A program made the translations under genes and the position numbers. The notes beneath the pieces were generated by a model. It had not been told where the DNA came from. It did not search any database and saw nothing but the letters and a program-made list of their open reading frames with translations. A stretch of DNA of 64,000 nt from assembly GCA_964016885.1 (NCBI GenBank), contig OZ024746.1, forward strand, positions 20,274,001-20,338,000, written 5' to 3'. This document shows positions 16,054 to 30,083 of this stretch, one piece after another; positions within the stretch are counted from its first letter, which is position 1, and the number at the start of each line of letters is the position of its first letter. This stretch comes from Eledone cirrhosa (lineage: Eukaryota).

Positions 16054-17412
16054 AAAAGTTTGTTTTATAAATATTGACATATCCAGGAAGAAGATCTTAA
16101 CGGTTCAAGTTTTTCCTGGATAGTAAAAGGAAAGAAGGGAAAGAGAAGAAAAGTCAAATATTTCAAAGATGTGTGAATAGTTTGAAGATTAAAGAGAGGA
16201 AAAAATGTATTATTAGATAAGTCAAGAGTGGATTTCGAAGAACTATCGTAAAGTGGATATCTTTAAAAATTAAAATTGTTTAAATGATCTTTTTAAATGA
16301 TCTTTTTAAATTTTTTAAATGATCTTCCTTCTTAAATTTAGTATTTTTACCATTTGATATTCTTTTCCTAATGATACTCTTCTTAATCTATTTTTTAGAT
16401 GTAGATTGATACTCTTAATTGACATTCTGTTCTGAAAGATATCCACTTTACGATAGTTCTTCTACATGCACTCTTGATTGACTTATCTAATAATACATTT
16501 TTTCCTCTCTTTAATCTTCAAACTTTTCACATATCTTTCGACGTAAATAATATGTAATTGAAATTCTCATCCTTGAAAAACATATAATATAAAATACCTT
16601 ATAATGTCACACAAACTAATATATAATTTTCTCTACATACTTTCTAAGTAAATCATTCATTAAATTTAATGGTAGCAAATAATATTGGAGTTATCTTTTC
16701 CTTTACAATTGAGCAAACGTGATAACTTGTATTATAAATTATATAATTTCGCTAAATTAACAATGTTCTGAAAACATTTTCAATGTTTAAGCAAAATATT
16801 TGAATCTACAAATTGTTCTTCTCTTACAACTTGAACTACGTCTTTTTCTTAAATATTTATGAAAAATGTAAAATCAACATCCTTCGTAACTCATATTAGA
16901 AATATAAACAATTAATACGTGTGGTTTATTTCTATAAAATCACCAATAATACTTATACTTGCACAATTATTAATCTATATAGATATTTATAAACGTACAG
17001 CCTGTTGAAATGTAATAAGATAAAATGAACTTACAACCATAATTCTTCATATAATCTAATTGATTATATATATAATATTATAACTCATAATATAGCTAAA
17101 TAATTTTTTTAAATTCTGGAATTCCTACAAACTGTTAATTCTTTTTAAATTCACGTAAATACAAGCTTTTCTTTCTTTCTCTTTCTTCTTCCTACACATA
17201 CATATATATATGCTAATAATTATTTAAATCTACCTAGCGTCTAAAAATAACTTTTTTTTCAGCCCTATACCTCAACCTCATTTGCATATTCATCTTAATA
17301 ATTTGAAATATTTGACTTTTCTTCTCTTTCCCTTCTTTCCTTTTACTATCCAGGAAAAACTTGAACCGTTAAGATCTTCCTGGATATGTCAATATTTATA
17401 AAACAAACTTTG

Positions 17413-17471
17413 TATTTTATCTGATGAGAGCGTACCAAAGTTTTGGTACCCTTGAAATATATAATAGAATA
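17413..17471 (+). ncRNA. Hammerhead motif, family A
   Basis: TATTTTAT-CTGATGA-GAGCGTACCAAAGTTTTGGTACCCTT-GAAA-TATA-TA-ATAGAATA. Confidence 0.75.
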
Positions 17472-17814
17472 AATATGGTTTTATAAGTATAGTTTCCATT
17501 TATTATCTTAACGAAGATGATATTTACCAAAATATACATACATACATACATACATACATACATACATACATACATACATACATACATACACATACATCAT
17601 CATCATCATCGTTATCGTCGTTGTTTTTACGTTCGTTTTTCCACGCTGGCATGCGTTGAATGGGTTCATTTCAGCACAGCATCTCTCCACTCACCGCGTT
17701 TCTTCGTCATCTCCTCTGTGAGTCTCAGCAATTTGAGATCAGCTTTCTCGTCTACCTCTACAGTGGCTTCCATCCACAGGCATTTCGTAGCACTTCTTCA
17801 CCCATCGATCACAT

Positions 17815-17892
<78 letters not shown>

Positions 17893-18350
17893 TCGATTCG
17901 TGAGCTAGGTTGTGTGCTGTGTTCTTGAACAAAACATTTCATTTTACGTTGCTCCAGTATACTCAGCTAAAAATTAGTACCAGCAATAGCTGGGGGTTTA
18001 ATCCTGCGATAGTCTAGCGTCCTGTCCAGGGGAAAGTTTTATACTCTCAGTCATTTCACGCCACGAAACCGGGATAAGCACCGTCCTGATGAATCTCCTA
18101 GCCATTAATATATATCTTAATTAACAAGGAACATGAGAGATAATAATAATTGTTTCTACTTTAGGCACAAGGCCAGCAATTACCCAGTACATTACTGGTA
18201 CTTTATTTTATCGACCCCGTAAGGATGAAAGGCAAAGTTAACCTCGGCGGGATACGAAACTTAAACATCCATTTCAGAATACTACTATAAGGAATAAAGT
18301 ATATAAGCCCCTCAATTACATATTTCTTTGTGTTTGTTTAGATGATGTAC

Positions 18351-18399
18351 ATACCATCTGATGAAAGCCCAACAAGGCTTGAAAACCGGCTAAAGGTAT
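18351..18399 (+). ncRNA. Hammerhead motif, family B (second, decayed copy at 384-431 minus)
   Basis: ATACCAT-CTGATGA-AAGCC caacaa GGCTT-GAAA-ACCGGC-TA-AAGGTAT; 18261-18425 is homologous to the reverse complement of 358-510. Confidence 0.68.
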
Positions 18400-18539
18400 T
18401 TATTATTATTTTTAAATTTACAGTTGATTATACTAGTTGACTAATAATAGTCGATTAGTATAAATAATAGTTGAGAAAATCAGATAAAGTACTTTTGAAG
18501 GCGGAAAGAAGTGAACCGAGTTTCCTGCTGGGGTTTCGG

Positions 18540-18945
18540 TTCACTTTTGTGGATGTGTCGTCTAAAATCTAAGCTATGTTTGTTGATACATCTAAGCTTA
18601 ATGGAAGATTGAACCAAGTTATCTTTCGCTTTTGAATTCCTTTTCTAATGGCTGGGGTGTTCATCCATGTATATTAGCTTTCTCTTAAATCCACTTCTGG
18701 CTAGTATCTCATTACAATGAGGTGCTGCTCTGTCAAAGATATCTCTGTTGTATAATAAGCTAGAGATTCTTTTGATTGTGTTTAGATTAGGTTTCTAAAT
18801 ATGGCTAGGAATGGTTAGAGTTTTCATGTGTACTATTTCTTCATTAGACTTCCTATTGGGATAGTGCTTTGGGGGACAGTGAAGTCCAGGAAGTCGACTT
18901 TGGTTAAATTAGTGTTATCTGTGATATCCATCACATAGCCATACC
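18540..18945 (-). mobile_element. Penelope-like element, RT thumb/linker relic
   Basis: Frameshifted translation TNLTKVDFLD...ISSL..NRDIFDRAAPHCNEILARSGFKRKLIY...KRKITWFNLPLSLDVSTNI resembles the PLE motif IWFNPPYS.NV.TNIG; adjacent to the hammerhead repeat. Confidence 0.75.
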
Positions 18946-19255
18946 ATATGGCTTGAGAGTGCTAGGGTGTTGCCTTTGTACAAGGCTCAACAGTGGGAAT
19001 GCGTTTTTTGTGAGGGGTGGATAGATAAAAGACAAGGTCAACGACATCAGCCCCTATCGGAGGAACCCATGGATACGTCGTTTGTGGCGGGGGTCGATAA
19101 GGTTTAACGTTGTTAAAATAAAGTACCAGTAATGCACTGGGGTCGATTTAATCGACTTCCATTCCCCTAAAATTGTTGGCCGTGTGCCTAGATCAGAAAC
19201 CGTTATATTAATAAGGTAAGATGGTAAAGTGATATTCATGGAAAATATATATATT

Positions 19256-19551
19256 GTGAAACCTCGGTTCCCGAACTTAATTAGGTGGTTCGTCATCCGA
19301 ACTGTTCGTAAACCGAAATTGATTTTTCATACGAAATGTTGATAGAAATACAGTGAGAGTGACTGTGTGTGTGGAAGAAAGATAGATATCACTATAGTAA
19401 CTTACTACACGGCAAGTTGTGCTTTCCCACCGTCGCCAACTGTTGTTGCCGGCTTATGTGTTCGTTACTCGAGACACCATTCGTTAACCGAGACGTTTTA
19501 TGTTCGGAAAAATTGTTCGTGATGAGAGGCGTTCGGGAACTGAGGTTCCAC
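19256..19551. mobile_element. Tigger/pogo-like MITE
   Basis: TIRs GTGAAACCTCGGTTCCCGAAC / GTTCGGGAACTGAGGTTCCAC. Confidence 0.75.
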
Positions 19552-19654
19552 TTTATATTTATGGAGTTGAAACAGTTCAAACATTGTCCTTTATATTTTT
19601 CTACCACATTGTACCGACATTTTTAAACTTATCAGTCTTTTATTACTATAATAT

Positions 19655-20145
19655 CGATCTGAGTTCAAATCCTGCCGAGATTAACTTTGCCTTTCTTCCT
19701 TACGGGGTCGATAAAATAAAGTACCAGTAACGTACTGGCTTTGTGCCAAATGTAGAAACAATTATAATACATACTTGTTTCTACGTTAGGCACAAGGCCA
19801 GCAATTATCCAGTGTATTACTGGTACTTTATTTTATCGACCCCGTAAGGATGAAAGGCAAAGTTAACCTCGGCGGGATTTGAACTCAGAATGGCAAGCGC
19901 CGTAACTCTATGCGCCAAAGCATGGCGTCCGACACTCTATTATAATACATACTGATGGATTGGCAGTATCGGTAGAGGGTTGGACGCCATGCTTTCACGC
20001 ATAGAGTTGCGGCCCTTGCCATTCTGAGTTCAAATCCCGCCGAGGTTAACTTTGCCTTTCATCCTTACGGGATCGATAAAATAAGGTACCAGTAATACAC
20101 TGGGATAATTGCTGGCCTTGTGCCAAAAGTAGAAACAATTATAAT
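19655..20145. mobile_element. Cluster of three SINE copies (+,-,+)
   Basis: 19655-19765 +, 19775-19940 -, 19955-20140 +. Confidence 0.85.
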
Positions 20146-20511
20146 ACATACTGATGATAATGTCATACGTTAATGCACAAACAAGACAGGCAACTTTGAA
20201 TATATAAATATTTGCTCTCAATTTGTATATCAAGGGGAATAACTTTTCTGCGACATTACTAGCATCATATTTAATTGTTGTTTATACATACACTCATGTT
20301 AATCAAGTGTTCAGTGATTAACGTAACTGCGTGTACATAAACAGCCGTATATTTCCTTCACATAGATGTGTGTATATATGAAAGTGCATGTATATAATAT
20401 GTAGGTTCGTGGGGAAATGTGGACCTGGCTACACGGGACTGTATTTCAAACACTCGCATACACTTATGAGATAATCACACACACACACACACACACATAT
20501 ATGTGTATATG

Positions 20512-20554
<43 letters not shown>

Positions 20555-20579
20555 TAATATATATATATATATGTATATG

Positions 20580-20621
<42 letters not shown>

Positions 20622-21856
20622 ATTTAATTTCGTAATCATTAATAAATAATAATCATGTATAATTATTTAAAATGTTTTTAGAGAAAGTCTGGTGAAAGTC
20701 AGGTGAAAGTCTGGCCCCTAAAATTAAGGCTTGCCCTTCTATATTGGTACAGTATATGCTGTATTTAAGTAATACAAGGATTCTTAGGATAGTGACTTGG
20801 TAAAAACATTTTCCTTTCATAAGTTAAGTATTAATTTAATATATCTCTAAGCAAAGGTATGTAAGTAACCTATCAAAATTTACACCAAAATTGTTTCAAA
20901 ACTTGTTCTTGAACATTTACAGCATATTTTAGCCATGTTATAAAATATTTCAGTTGTTGCTATTTTTTTCTATTTTTATGTTTAATGAGGTTTGTTCAAG
21001 AGATAGGGCCAATGACCGCCATGGCCTTCACCTTGTTCTGGAGTTTAGTAAAGGGTCATGTATTCTCAGTCACTTAATGCCACAGAAACCAGGATAAGCA
21101 CAGTCCATAGGTTTGAGACAGACTTTAGACTTTAGTAGTATTGGAAGCCGAAATATTTTCTGGCCCTGAAATGCAAGGCCAGTCTTTGTGATACAATCTT
21201 TGCTATGTTGAGAATGTGAGAGCATCAACAGAGAGATCACTTCTAATAGTGAGGGTTAGCATTTATAGTGACCTCGTTTATAATATTGTGTCTTGTTCAG
21301 GTTTCAGGTAGGGACACCATTTTTTTTTTTTCTTTTTTTTTTTTATATTTAGTGATTGTATTTTTGTGCTACTGAAGGAAACAAAACTGCAACATATGAT
21401 ACAAGCAATCATTCTTCATGCATTCAGAAAAAAAGAAAATTATTGGGTACATAGACATTTTGTCAAACAATAAGAGTAGTTTTCCTGTGGTTATCATATA
21501 CTGGTTGCATGCAATTAAATGTCACTAGCCACATTCCTTTTGTAGTTTTGTTTAAGTGCATAAGATTTCATTTGATGGGGGGGAGGAGAAGGATTAGATT
21601 ATGTTCAGGTCTTTTTGCTGAATGACATTAGTTATGAGATAACAATGAAATGGATAAAAGTTTGTATCAAAACAATTATCTCTGCAATAATTGCAGTAAA
21701 TGTAAGATTTTTCTTTCGTTTTTTTTCTAATATTTGGTGATAATAAAAGTGATTATTTTCTGTCTCTTTCAAGTTTTCAAAGGTTATTTCATTCCCAGTT
21801 AAATAATAGTAGATGTCAACTTAACTTATAGTCCAAAGCTCAACAATTTATATACA

Positions 21857-21901
<45 letters not shown>

Positions 21902-24009
21902 TATATATATATTTTAAAACATCACTGATATATGATACTAAATGCATTTTTATTGAAGCTATTCAGTTTCAATGAACTCAAAACAATTAATAGAATAACT
22001 TTAGAAAAACTATTTGCAACTATTTATTCACAGTTTTTCAGAGAAAAATGCAACAATGTTTGTGTTTGGAAAAATGCTGGCCAACTACCAGAAAAACCAG
22101 AATAAAATGGCTATATTTATTTCAGATACAAATTCATCCATTAATTTCACCATTGCCCAAAGTAAAGGATATTACAAAAATATTACCATAGAAAAATTTT
22201 CCAAACAATGGGCCATGAAAACTCTTCAGTTGTGCCCAAGACATGACAGACTCACAATTGCTGCTGATACCCTAACAAAATACACCCAGTATACTCTGAA
22301 GATTACAGAAACATATGTACCATATATACTCAAATATAAGCCGAGGAATATTTAACCAAAAATCGATGGTAGAAGGAGAGAGCAGCTTATATTCAGGATC
22401 AATATTTTGACGATTTTTGCCAACTTCAAATTCTACATAAATAAAGTTTGGATTTTTGCCCATTTCTCAGACATAAAATAATGCGGCCGGCTTATATTTG
22501 AGTATATGCAGTGAGATGAACCCCCCGGCACATGTGAAAGTAGTTCCAGCTTGGTTACTGACTTGGTCTGTGACAACTCATTCAACCCTTGCTAGTGGTG
22601 GTCGTAGTGGTGGTGGTGGTGATGATGATTGGTCTCTAGTAAAGAATCAAAGTAAAAATAAGTTAATTTAGATAGAATAAATTACAAGTTAACAAAATCA
22701 GGTAACATTTCCATATATCTTAACATTGTACAGTAGTAATTCAGTAGGAGATGGGTCAGCAAACTATGGCTATTTTATTGATCCTGTAAGGATGAAAGGC
22801 AAAGCTAATCTCAGCGGGATTTGAACTCAGATCGTAAAGGGGCGTAACTCTACGTTGCAAAGCATGTTGTCCGACGCTCTTCCAATACTGCCAATTCATT
22901 GCCCTGAGAGTTTTTTCAATATTACATTTTATTGTTTTTTCAGTACTATATTCAACTGTGACTGCAATGATGATGATCTGTCTATATATCTTTCTATTGT
23001 GGGAACCAACTCATAGGAGACACAGTAGAGGAAGACTTGTTTGAACCTTCATTCATCAACTGTCAGATGATACAAACCTTAGTAAAGAGCAGTTACCAGG
23101 AGTAATGCCAGATCATCCTCATCATTGCAGCGACAGTTGAATATTCCTGACAAAGTCTCTCCACAATTCCTGATTCTCCATTGCTCCTAGCAACTGGTCC
23201 TTACTCAGGTTTGTATCATCTGAAAGTTGATCGTGAGTTGTTTCCCCACAATAGTAGCTTGTGTATAACTTCCTGCTTATTTATCCAGCAATGTTCTGCA
23301 AATCATAACTGTTTTTGAGCAATTGTAGTTGTATAAACTTTCATTTGTAATACATTGACGCCAGTCTATATTTTGTACAACCTGTTGATGCCAGTTTATG
23401 TTTAAAAAACATACACTGAGAAATAATATTTAACATAATTTATTTTCTCTCTTGTAGAGCGAGCCGTCTCACAGAATAAATCATCTTGTATGATAAACAG
23501 CCACTGAAAAATAGTGACCTTATTTAACCTGGATATTACGAATAATTAGGAACAGCTCAGTTATTATGTGGGTATTCAAGAAGAAAACACACATATGGAA
23601 AATTAGATAGATTTAATGATTCAGTAAATTTTTTTACTTGAATGAAAGTATATATTTAATATTTTAAAACATAATAGGATTAATAATTTGTAGTTATACA
23701 ACTCTGATGGGAAACTTCATTGTTTCATAATCATCGTAGTTAGTAATGTTTTAGGTATTAGGCTGTAATAGAAAACCAAATCTCCAGCACTTCTTTGTCC
23801 TCGTCCTCCTCGCCCACTTATTACTGGGGAGGGTCGTGGAGGCAGAGTCCTCAAAATATAAAATCTGTCCAGTAATTCTTTACTGAAACATTCTAACCAC
23901 ATGCCCATAATACCGAAGCAGTGATTTCTCAATTCTCTGATGCTTGTGAAATGCATGAACATCACAAACTCTCATTTTCTTTCCCTCAAAAAAATTGGCA
24001 CTAGAGCCA

Positions 24010-24355
24010 AAACATTTGCATGAGTGGGACAGGTTCTTCTTTGAAGACCTTCTGCTGTCCAGCACTTCTTGGAGTTTCTTACCACTGTTAAGATAGGACA
24101 ATTTACACAGGTATTTTTGCCCTTAACTTCTGAAGTTAAGGACCAAAACACTTGCAAGAGGGGGGGGGGGGGTCTTCTTTGAAGACCTTCTGCTGTCCAG
24201 CTCTGAGAGTTTCTTACCACTTTTAAAATAAGACAATTTACATAAGTGTTTTTGCCCTTAACTTCAGAAGTTATGGGCTGAAACACTTGCATGAGGGAGG
24301 GGTCTTCTTAGAAGACCTACTGTTGTCCAGCTCTCCTGAGAGTTTCTTACCACTG
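24010..24355. repeat. ~130 bp tandem repeat, about 2.5 units
   Basis: TCTTCTTTGAAGACCTTCTGCTGTCCAGC..GAGTTTCTTACCACT repeated three times; inverted single copy at 50700-50785. Confidence 0.8.
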
Positions 24356-24944
24356 GCACAAATAGAAACTAGAAATACTTCCAGGTAACAGGTGGATTAG
24401 ATGCCTATTAGTATCTAGTTCAATACCATGCAGTCATGAGTTCAACTATTTTGCGTATAATATTGTCTTCCTAACTCTTCCTACCTCCTTTTTTTATGCC
24501 ATGTAAAATAAAACAATTATTATTACTTTATTTAATTGTTGTTGCTTTCATCTTTACAACTAGTTACATATTGTTTCTAACTGGAAATAAATATATATCT
24601 GTAACAATATTTACAGTACATTCTCTAAACCTGTTCACAGCATATCAACTACCATATACATAGTACTCACCTAAACATATCTCTCTTTCTTAAAGCTATT
24701 GATAAGATCCCAGACCTCATTCCCTTACCAAGTGGAGTGAAACTCGTCAAATTGGACCAAGGAAGCAATGTTTCCATTGATCTTTCCATTGCTGATACTA
24801 TCTACTGGTCACAACTCCTGGCAGAAAGAACAATGTGAAATAAAGTGTCTTGCTCAAGGACATAATGCATCGCCCGGTCCAAGAATCTAACTTGCAACTC
24901 TAATTCCCTAATCAATAAGCCACATGGTCACCATATATATCACT

Positions 24945-25245
24945 ATATTTACAGTACACCCCTAAACATGTTCACAACATATCTGTAACTAAGTGTTCAC
25001 ACATATATTTCACGATATTTACATAACATTTCATAAACATGTCCACACCATATCCTTTCACTATATTTACAGTACAGCCCCTAAACATGTTCACAGGATA
25101 TCCTTTAACTATATTTACAATCCTCCAACTAAACATCTTCCTAACATATTTGTAAACATGTTCACAACATATCAACAACTATATTTACAGTACATCCCTT
25201 AAATATGTCCATACCATATCCTTTAACTATATATTTACAGTACAA
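24945..25245. repeat. ~50-60 bp minisatellite
   Basis: TATTTACAGTACA..CCTAAACATGTTCACA units; also 24605-24680, split by a SINE. Confidence 0.75.
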
Positions 25246-28200
25246 TACAGCTATGTTGCTATAGATACTTAGATCTTTTTTACAATACAGATTGAACCAT
25301 AATGGCAGCTTATCAACAAATATGTTTCTGGTACATCATTAAACACACTCACATTTCTTTAAAAATCTGTTGTATATCATTGAAAGAATGTTTCCCCCCA
25401 CTTCAGAATTACAAGGATTGGGGGAAGGTGTTTTTTTTGTGTGTTTGTTTATTTTTAATTGTCAATTTACCCATATCTAAACGATTACAAACACTCGTTA
25501 CTTAATGTGGTATTAATGGCAGCACATTTAAATAAAGGGGCAGAATTAAACACTTGTAAATGTGTAGTTAACATCTAAAAAGTCTAAAATCTGCCTCAAG
25601 CCTGGAGGCTCATCAGGCCTATGCTTATCCCCAGATTCTGTGGCGTAAAGCAACTGAGAGTACAAGACTCCCTCACCAACAAGACACCAGTCCATCGCAA
25701 GGTTAAACCCCAGCTACTGCTGGTACTCATTTTCAGCTGGTCTCTTCTAGATAATCCAATCAGCCACCTAATTTAAATATTAAGTTGTATATAATAAACA
25801 ATAAATAGACAGGGTTATTAGGACGTTTGGATTAAATACTTATTCCAGTCCTAATCCTGTCATGGTCAACTTCACCTTTCAAGGTTGATACATAAACTAC
25901 TAGTCCAGTCCTGAAGTCCATTCTTCTAATTATCTTTAACATTTCTCTTCTCCTCTGGAAGAAATTGGCTGTGTTCCAACCTGGAGAAGGTTTTATATGC
26001 CCAAAACACAGTATATCATAACGCAAGAGTTATAGCCCCTTAAATGTTTCTTTTATATAATTGCTAACTTTCATATTTTGTATAAGTGTAATTTTGAAGT
26101 AAATTTTTGACAAAATGATATACATTCAAGAGGAATTGGTTTAAGTTTCTTTCTTAAATTAATAGCATATTCTAATTCTTATTTTTTTCAGATGTTTAAA
26201 TATGCATTAAAATTATTCATTAGTTATAGGAAATAAATCTAATATAAAACAATTATCAGAAATAATATAGAGATGTAACTAAACAGATGCTGAAAATCTT
26301 CAGTTGTTCTAAGACATCTAAAAAATTCCATTTCTAGAAAGAATTGGAAAATAAATTTATATAGTTAATGTCCTCCTTAAAAAAATGCATCTTTATGCAA
26401 ATTTTCAGCCACCTACTTGTGGTCAACATCTTAGACCATGCATAAATAGATTCACTTTAAAGTTTAAAGGTGATGATGGTGAGTCAGGATTCTGATCATC
26501 ATCGTTACTGTTTTACATCCATTCTTCCACGCTAGCATGGGTTAGACGGGTTGTCCTGTTGTGGACAATGCCAGGTCAAGTGACCATGTCTTGCTCATAC
26601 AGAACTGATTTTGGCTGGATTTCTACAGCTGGATACCCTACCTAACGCCAACCTCATTTACAGTGCTTTTTTACTGGGGTGCCTATACGGTGATAACAGT
26701 GATGGTGTTGCAGTTCGATTTACGAGGGTCGGCTGACCAAAGATATTCTCATTGAATGACGAAATGAGGTTTATTTTTCAAAATAATCCATAGAAAGAAA
26801 CATTAAATTAATGCATGCAAGATTTCACAGCTCTAGCATAAATCCTTCATAGTCAGCCTATGAACTTTTCAGCTGACCCTTGTGTATTTCCTCCATAAAA
26901 TCTGAAAGACAACAGCCTGCTTCAGGAAGAAGCCCCGTGAGGTGAACTGGCTATCGCTGCAGGTCTCTGCAGTAATGTCTTTGACATTTTGACATTTTGT
27001 CCACAATTGAAACACCACTCAGACTGGGTTATAGTGTCTGTCCCTCCCCCTTTTTTCGTTGCTTGATCCTTTTTTTTTCTTTTTCTTCACATTTCCCTTA
27101 AATCGTTTTTGTATAAATTGTATAAACAGCTTTGTAAAATAAAATTATCAGATTTATATAATCTGAAATTAGTGAGTTGGTATAGTAATAATCTAAGGTA
27201 GATAACTTGCGAATCTTGCAAAATTTGGCTGATATAGGGATGTTTTTCAGCCGATTGAATAAATCATAGGGTATTTATTTTAGCGATCGTGAAATATAGA
27301 CACATGATTTCACCTCAGAAGATTAGAAAAAATATTCTGATATTCTATTATTGTCTTAGTCGTCTTACAATATATACAGATGTAGTATTGCAGGTAATCT
27401 ATCTAGGGTGAGTAAAATTCCCGAGATCCATGGACGAGTTCTCTCCAGCGGTCTGTCCCTCATTATCGCTGCCATGTCCTGCGTCTCCCACAGGATGAAG
27501 AACTCAGAGCTGCACAGGAGCCTCCCAAAAGTCAGTTCAAAAGTGACACAGAGGAGACTGAGGTTAGCTGGACATGCTCACCGACATCCAGAGTTGACAC
27601 TGCACTCAATGCTCTTGTGGGAGCCCTTGCATGGACACACTGGAAGACCAAAGTTAACATATGTTGCAGGTAATATACAATCAAAATATATCTACATTGG
27701 GGTGTTTATTGTTGAATTAAACGGAAAAGCAACGATGGTGTGTTGTAATTGGAGTGCAACAGGCAGGAGAATCAAACAAAGTTCATGAATAGTAAGTAAC
27801 CAAAAAAAAAAAAAGTCATCTGATATGAGATGTTACGTATAAACATGGTCTTGTGCAGCATTATGGTAACAAAGTATATAGTTTACTGAAAGTTTACAAA
27901 CATCTTCAAGTAGAAAGACCAAAAATCTACCATAACAGTTGATCTACTATGAATTCTACGGCCTTATGCAACATTATGGAGACAAAATACATCATTCACA
28001 GCAAGTTCACAAACATCTTGTTCAAGCAGAAAGACCAAAATCCACCTTATCAGTTGATTTACTACAATGAATCCTGAGTGAAGCAGATAGCATATGTTTA
28101 AAATTTAAAAAAATAGTAGCAGATTAAGTAATGTCCCACAACATCTTGAATTGTTGAGCTACAATTAGTGCAGCTTCTGCAAACCAAGCTGACAAAGCTC

Positions 28201-29554
28201 ATCCCATTCTCAGTTAAACCCATGAGAAAGTTTAATATTTTTCTTACCACATTTCTAAAGAAAGATAATGCATATAACATCAAATAATAGAGAACTTGGA
28301 TGGGTTTAGTAATATAACTAACTTTCTCACTATTAACCCTTTAGCATTTAAACCGACTGTATCCAGCCAGAATTTTCTCACCTCTTTCTGTTCAAACCAG
28401 TTGTAATCGGCTGCTCATACCGACATTAAGGTATTGTTTTCAAAATCTCATAGATTCGATATTATGTGAAATAATTATGTGAGATAAAGCCTTTTCTGTG
28501 AAAATACAATAGTATATATATATAGAGTAATATAAATGCTAAAGAGTTAAGCTGGTGTTTAGAACATAAAGGTTCTCACATAAAATTAAGATGAAAGGTT
28601 TTTAGATCAATATAAACAGTTTCCTGCACCACTGAACAAACCAATATTGTTTATCCTGATATTTTACATTGAACAAGTGACCAAGAAAATTCTACTGTAA
28701 TTCGTATTTAAGTGAAAATATGCAAAGAATAGTATATTATTCATCAGATCTTTTGCAAAGTGTGTCAAAATATATTATAGCTTTCATAAAATACCCAGAC
28801 ATTGCACAGTAGTTCTGCTAGCAGTGTTATGAAGTTAAACACTAATCAGTGATAGTGTCCCAGCTCGTAAAGCTGGTTAACTATTCAAGCTGATGGTAAC
28901 TATTAAATATTGCTAAGAGATAAGTAACTTTTCAGGAACTTCACTAATTCAATGATGCAATTTGAACAGTTAACAACAAGTAAACAAGCGACGAATTAGA
29001 ACATCAGATAGGATGCTTTACGGGATTCATTCCGGATCTCTAACTCTTCAAGTTCAACTTTGCTTTCCATCCATTCGAGGCCAATAAAAAAAAAGAGTAC
29101 CAGTCTAGTACTGGAGTCAATTTTTCTATATCTCTTTCTCAGTTCCACTTTCTCACTCTATCCTTCTTTGGAAAAATCTGTTGTATTCAGACCTAGAGAT
29201 ATGGGCTCCACCAGGTTTTAAAAACGCCCTAGAAACATTGTATGTAAATATAGTGCTCCTACGACTCCCTCAGGCATTACGAGTCCATACATACATTACA
29301 AACAAGCAAGACAGTAACTCAGTCAACTGCAAAATTTGATAGATAAGTACAAATCAGAAAGGAATTCAATAATTTCTACAAAGATTAGCATACAGTCGAG
29401 TGTGAGTAAACTTTATAAAACTGCTCCATTTAAGGGCAAACAAAGAGATTATCTAACTCTGCAGAAAACATAGATTGTATAATATATTTAATGTAAGAAT
29501 GATCTGAAAACGGTTCCGTGATTACAGAAGTTGGTGAAAATGTGTTGCTGAATG

Positions 29555-29755
29555 GCTGTTCATCATCATTGTGACCACAGCTAAACATTTCCAACAAAAT
29601 TTCTCCATAATTCACAACTTTCCATTGCTCCTGGCAACTGCTTCCTATTGAGGTTTGTATCGTCTGAGAGTTGATCAATGAAGGTTTGAGCAGGTTTTCC
29701 TCTACTGTCTCCAGTAAGTTGGCTCCCACAATAGTAGCTTATGTATAACTTCCTG
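29555..29755 (-). mobile_element. RTE-like LINE 3' end relic
   Basis: EVIHKLLLWEPT..RGKPAQTFIDQLSDDTNL..LPGAME plus (GAT)n tail; relatives 22995-23105 (+), 23115-23275 (-), 27500-27665 (+; RRLRLAGH..RHPE..LLWEP). Confidence 0.7.
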
Positions 29756-30083
29756 CAGTAATGTGGCAGACTGAAGCAGTGAGAATAATGTGCAGAGTGA
29801 GAAAAGACACACTGGCTATTATTAAATTTGATTTAATTTACTTTACAACTAATCTGTTGTTGGTGATAGTGAAAATTTGTTTACATTTTAATATGAAATG
29901 CATGAAAAAAAATATTCAATTGAATACCTTTTCCTAACAAACAACTCAATCATAAAGTAATTTATCTTTACTCAAGTTAACACAATAGCCAGAGAAAAGT
30001 TTAACCTTCCTTTTCATTCAATAGTCCAACAGCTAAACCTTAATCAATGTGCTTCCTTGAAAAAACATCCTTTTAATATCATT

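Larger units (their letters stand above)
15959..17504. mobile_element. Decayed Penelope-like element bounded by ~205 bp inverted pseudo-LTRs
   Basis: Arms 15959-16167 and 17302-17504 are near-perfect inverted repeats, each with a hammerhead; inner inverted repeat 16165-16263/16437-16538; weak GIY-YIG-like TYTC..NL..Y..C relic near 16950. Confidence 0.6.

Noticed and set aside
18070-18100. CTGATGA as a hammerhead core
   Set aside because: Part of a SINE 3' region; no GAAA or closing stems downstream
24010-25245. CRISPR-like repeat array
   Set aside because: Eukaryotic DNA; whole units repeat with no unique spacers and no cas genes
29430-29757. Apparent exon after CTGCAG, duplicated at 22995-23275
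   Set aside because: Another frame reads LLLWEPT..RGKP..TFIDQL, a LINE C-terminus with a (GAT)n tail
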